This document shows, one piece after another, positions 59,574-64,000 of a stretch of 64,000 bases of DNA (the stretch's first letter is position 1; each line of letters opens with the position of its first letter). The notes beneath the pieces are model-generated. The model had not been told where the DNA came from. It saw only the letters and a program-made list of their open reading frames with translations, and made no database searches. The stretch covers positions 29,765,182 to 29,829,181 of the forward strand of contig CM119264.1 in NCBI GenBank assembly GCA_051294375.1, in the 5' to 3' direction. Both the position numbers and the translations under genes were made by a program. The DNA comes from Paraspadella gotoi (taxonomy: Eukaryota > Animalia > Chaetognatha).

Positions 59574-60094
59574 ATTACTTTTCCAGTGAAGTAGTTCAAC
59601 AGTTGTTAGATTTAGATCCATATTTCAACCTTCAAAATTCGTCACGAAAATCACCGAGGCGAATATTCACAACGCGGCCTCGACAAAACTTCGCTCGTCT
59701 CACTACGCGACTTGTGAATGTGAATTTTCGGACTTCGACTCCTAAAAATAGAAACCTCGTTGATGGCGGGAAACGATGTGCGAGTTTCTCACATCTCACT
59801 TTTCTGCGGTGATTTTCCTTCTCACGAGATCCAGTCGAACGTTTTTGACCTCATTTCTATTTCTACGACGATGACGATGACGACGACGACGACGAGGACA
59901 ACAACAACGATGATGACGATTCCACCGTCGTCGTCGTCGACGTCGTCGTCGTCGTCGTCGTCGTCGTCATCAGTGGTCGGAAACCTGAGTATGATTGTCC
60001 GGAAATGGCATCACTCAGTTCCCTCCCTCTCTCTCTTTGTCTCTCTCTCTTCTCTTTGTTCTCTCTCTTCTCTCTCTCTCTCTCTCTCCTCTCT

Positions 60095-60138
<44 letters not shown>

Positions 60139-61599
60139 CCCCTCCCTCCCCCCCATACCCCAGGCCACGGTCCGGACCCCTGGTGGTGACCCCTTTCTTC
60201 TTCGGCCCCGCTCAACTCCGCGAGATGGCGCTCGACCGGAAGTGGCGCTCGTTGAGGTCGGCGCGATCCTCATCTCAATTCGCGGGAAAGCGTCGCGCGC
60301 GGCGTCGTACGTGAGACGCGGCGCCGGCGTGGTGGCGTGCGACGACGCCGCGGGACGGAGCATCGGGGGTGAGTGAGGGGTTAACGTGAATTGGCGCCGT
60401 CCTCAGGGGGGGGGCGTTTTTAACGTTCGCTCTTATGACCCTTTTTTGAGATTCTGGGTTTATTGATCTCGTTTTGCTGAGCAAAGGGCAGGGAAGCCGA
60501 TCGCGCAGGGGAGAGGAGGCGATGAACTGATCACGAATTGTTTAGAAAGCTTTTTATTTTGTTTTAATTGTTTCTTTTTTTATATTCATTCGAATCAACA
60601 AACCCTTTTCCACATCCCTCCTTTTCCACATCCCTCTTCTTTCACATTTCACATCCCACCTCTTTCACAATCCTCTTCTTTCACATTCTTCCTTTTCCAC
60701 ATCCCTCCTCTTCCTCATCCCTCCATTTCCACATCCCTCCCCTTCCAAATTCAACATCTCTCATCCCTCCTTTTCCACATTCCTCTTCAAAATTTTACAT
60801 CCCTCATCTTCTAAATTCCACATACCTCCCTCTTCTAAATTCCATATCCCTCCCCTTCCAAATTCCACATCCCTCTTCTTCAAATTCCACATCCTCATCT
60901 TCCACATCCCTCCTTTTCCACATCCCTCATCTTCCAAATTCCACTTCCCTCCTCTTCCAAATTCCACATTCCTCCTGTTCCACATCCCTCATCTTCCAAA
61001 CTCCACTTCCCTCCTCTTCAAAATTCCACATCCCTCATCTTCCAATTTCCACATCCCTCATCTTCCACATCCCTCCTCTCCCAAAACTCATCCTCCAAAC
61101 TGTTCCTCCAGATCACATCGTCCCTGGAACCGGTGCTGGACTCAACGTTCTTCGTCAATCCCTTCGCTTCGAATTCAGTTGCGAAGTGAGAAAATCCATT
61201 TCTCTTTTTCTTTTCCTTTTTTCCCCTTTTCTTTTCCTTTTTTCACCCTTCTTTCCCTTTTCTTTCCCTTTTCTTTCCCTTTTCTTTCCTTTTTCTTTCC
61301 CTTTTCCTTCCATTTTTTTCCCTTTTCTTTCCCTTTTCTTCCTCCTCCGAGTATTCTTTTCCCCTTTTTCCTTCAGGTCTTCGGTTTGCCCCGCTTCCGC
61401 ATGCTACGCGCGCTACGCGCCCTCCAACCCGACACTCGACGCGCGACGCACTCTGCTCATCGGCGCCTCGACCGTTGAGGACGTCGCCTTCGCGGCGCGA
61501 CAATGGAATCGATTCGTTGCAGACTCTGACTGGAGCGCGGATCGAACGGAGATTGAAGCCATGACGCTGGCAATGGTGAGGGGATTGCAGATGGAATAA
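58806..61599 (+). CDS. HAD-IIA (phosphoglycolate/pyridoxal phosphatase-like) homologue with substituted catalytic residues; several frameshifts
   Basis: Exons ~58806-59009, ~59269-59414, 60163-60368, 61111-61185, 61377-~61575/61599. Segments YDNVIVVLDGVIW, VDGAA, KNVYYISN, IVTSS, KKVYVMG, GHGPDP, KASRAASYV, IVPGTGA, VFGLP and RTLLIGASTVEDVAF match the PGP/chronophin layout. The 3' end is uncertain. Confidence 0.8.
60610..61085. repeat. Pyrimidine-rich minisatellite (TTCCACATCCCTCATCTTCCAAA) in the 3' part of HAD intron 3
   Basis: Directly visible degenerate tandem units. Confidence 0.9.
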
Positions 61600-62553
61600 G
61601 CAATGGTGGTGTAATGGTGAGGGAATTGCAGAAATTCTGCAATGTAGATGGTGGCACAAGTTGCATACCATGGAAAAGGCATTGCAGATCGAGAGGACAT
61701 GACACTAGCAATGTTTTCTACACTTTTAACCTTTTACACAAGAGAAGCAACATGACACTCAATGTGGATATAAAAGCGAAAAGACAATGGGTGCTGTTAA
61801 AAGAGAGAATGAAGAAAAGGGTCGGACCACATGAATTTCCGATGAGCATAAAAACGGACAAATTTGCATTTGACTGAGAAAAGGAGAGAATAAAAGAGAC
61901 ACCAATTGAAAAAAAGCGGTGGGGAAAAAGAGACGAGAGATCCTCTTGGCTAGAAAATCCAATGAGAGAAAACGCGACGACGATTATGAAGACAATGAAG
62001 AAACGTGAACTCGGGATATCCCGATTATTTTTTATGTAAAGAATTGTTTAAGAGTCAGGGCAGTTGCTTCCGACGTCGTACGGTTTTAAGACCGTTTGTT
62101 TATGACCGTTTATTTATATTTTAATGGACTTTTTTATGATTTGTGGACTTAATTATCGGCCTAATAATGAACTGTTTTTTAATAATTTTGTAATAAACAA
62201 ACAACATTTGAAAATCAGGATCGTCGCCATCTTGAAAGTCACCAGAAAGTCGAGGCTGCTCAAACAGAAATATTATATAAAAATACACAAAAATACAAGG
62301 GATAACAAAGTCATTTCGGCGCAACACAATTGAATTTCCGCTTTTTTTTTTTTTTTTTTTAATTTTTAGGGCAAAAAGTTCTTTCTAAAAAAAATCCCAC
62401 TGAATCTCTCCATCACACTTACAAGATAATAACAAAGCATTACCCTGCAAGCTTTCAATCAAGTCACAAGTCACAAGTGCTTGGCTTCCCGTTTCTCTAA
62501 AGTATTTTAATTGTAAATAAAAGTTTTAAAAAAAGTTAAAGTGACTTGACCAC

Positions 62554-63167
62554 TAAGGCGTAGTGAAAGTTACATACGAAAAATTCTAAAAGTCAATTAT
62601 GAACAACATACTATCAGTGAACATTAATTTGTAAAAAAAATTAATTTTATGTTTTTTAATTTTCGCAGTAGGTTATATTTATATATAGTATATATCCTTA
62701 TAAAATCGAAAAATTTCAAAATAGGCTTTTCTTAATTTTGATTGCAGATTTGAATTCCTCGTCAAAAGTTGATAAAAGAAAATATAAATCATTTTTTAAA
62801 ATTCTTTCATTAAGTGGGTTAAAAATTAAAAAAACAATATTTAATATATAAAAAGTTAATTTTCAGCTTAAAATATAGCTTTTTCTAATTTTTGACCACT
62901 TAATGAAGGAATTTTTAAAAAAAGAGTTATATTTCTTTTTGTCAACTTTTTATGACGAATCCAAATCTGCAAAAAAATCTTAGAAAAAACTGTTTTGAAA
63001 TTTTAACATTTATTGGTTTAGTACTAGTATAAATATGGCCTACTGCATAAATTGTAAAATTTATTATAAATTTTTTTATTATATAAATGTTCATTAATAT
63101 AATATTGTTCGTTCCTCACTTTTAGAATTTTAATTAAAGTTAAATTTAGGAATTTTACTACGCCTTA
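62554..63167. mobile_element. 614-bp foldback (long-TIR) non-autonomous DNA transposon with 8-bp TSD
   Basis: Ends are TAAGGCGTAGTGAAA / TTTTACTACGCCTTA, and the arms stay complementary for ~290 bp (GCAGTAGG/CCTACTGC, GCAGATTTG/CAAATCTGC, TTCATTAAGTGG/CCACTTAATGAA). A perfect direct repeat TTGACCAC lies at 62546-62553 and 63168-63175. Confidence 0.9.
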
Positions 63168-63193
63168 TTGACCACCCCAACGTTTGGTTCCAG

Positions 63194-63321
63194 AAAAAGC
63201 GACCACCCGACGAAGTCCCAAAACCGACGCCGAGAGGCGATGCCACCTTTGACGATTCTATCGTCCTTTTCATCGTCGGTGGGCCTGGATGTGGAAGGGA
63301 ACGCAGTGCGAGAGGCTTAAG
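63194..63321 (+). CDS. Exon of an adenylate kinase (AK1-like) or UMP-CMP kinase, P-loop region
   Basis: After a TTCCAG acceptor it reads KKRPPDEVPKPTPRGDATFDDSIVLFIVGGPGCG(K)GTQCERLK, then AAG|GTGAT. One base is missing in the GKG codons but is present in most downstream repeat copies. Confidence 0.85.
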
Positions 63322-64000
63322 GTGATGTCGTTGGACCCGGATGTGGGAATGGAACGCAGTAGCAAGAGGCTTAAGGTGATGTCGGTGTACCCGGACGTGG
63401 AAAGGGAACGCAGTGCAAGAGGCTTAAGGTGATGTTAGTGGACCCGGATGTGGGAAGGGAACGCAGTGCGAGAGGCTTAAGGTGATGTCGGTGTACCCGG
63501 ACGTGGAAAGGGAACGCAGTGCAAGAGGCTTAAGGTGATGTCAGGTGGAGCCGGATGTGGGAGGGGAATGCAGTGCGAGAGGGCTTAAGGTGATGTCAGT
63601 GGACCCGTATGTGGGAAGGGAATGCAGTGCGAGAGCTTAAGGTGATGTCAGTGGACCCGTATGTGGGAAGGGAATGCAGTGCGAGAGGCTTAAGGTGATG
63701 TCAGTGGACCCGGATGTGGAAGGGAATGCAGTGCGAGAGGCTTAAGGTTGATGTCAGTGGACCTGGATGTGGGAAGGAATGTAGTGCGAGAGGCTTAAGA
63801 TGATGTCGGTGGACCCGGATGTGGGAATGGAACGCAGTGCGAGAGGCTTAAGGTAATGTCGGTGGACCCGGATGTGGGAGGGGAATGCAGTGCGAGAGGC
63901 TAAGGTGATGTCAGTGGACCCAGATGTGGAAGGGAACCCAGTGCGAGAGCTTAAGGTGATGTCAGTGGACCCGGATGTGGGAAGGGAATGCAGTGCGAGA
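63275..64000 (+). repeat. 53-bp tandem array (~14 units, runs off the window) derived from the kinase P-loop exon end and splice donor
   Basis: Unit GTCGGTGGACCCGGATGTGGGAAGGGAACGCAGTGCGAGAGGCTTAAGGTGAT encodes VGGPGCGKGTQCERLK plus GTGAT. Confidence 0.95.

Noticed and set aside
63275-64000. CRISPR-like array
   Set aside because: Units are contiguous with no unique spacers, the context is eukaryotic, and the unit is a copy of kinase coding sequence.

Overview
Animal (probably invertebrate) genomic DNA from a gapped, error-prone draft assembly. It is rich in (GA)n, (GTC)n and (GAT)n repeats, and several segments are duplicated across N-gaps. Most ORFs in the supplied track are translations of simple repeats. 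Manual exon reading finds these plus-strand genes: the 3' half of a heavily frameshifted cathepsin D-like aspartic protease (~25.05-25.78 kb), a 10-exon clan-2 cytochrome P450 (27757-31685), a 4-exon XK-related membrane protein (32211-35908) followed by an orphan multi-TM exon, a TMEM121/CECR6-family gene (46407-49919), a Src-family kinase with no C-terminal inhibitory Tyr (52780-57932), a HAD-IIA phosphatase homologue with substituted catalytic motifs (~58806-61599), and an adenylate/UMP-CMP kinase P-loop exon whose end plus splice donor is amplified into a 53-bp array running off the window. Mobile DNA includes a dispersed repeat resembling a Penelope GIY-YIG tail (present in only one of two assembled copies of a P450 intron), a minimal hammerhead ribozyme, a 614-bp foldback element with an 8-bp TSD, DINE/HINE-like elements, small MITEs and a tRNA-derived SINE. 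Window-wide signals worth testing are purine-rich 5' / pyrimidine-rich 3' complementary intron ends, frequent AAG acceptors, and a shared ~25-bp octamer-containing intronic motif. All family assignments come from motif recognition by eye, not database searches.
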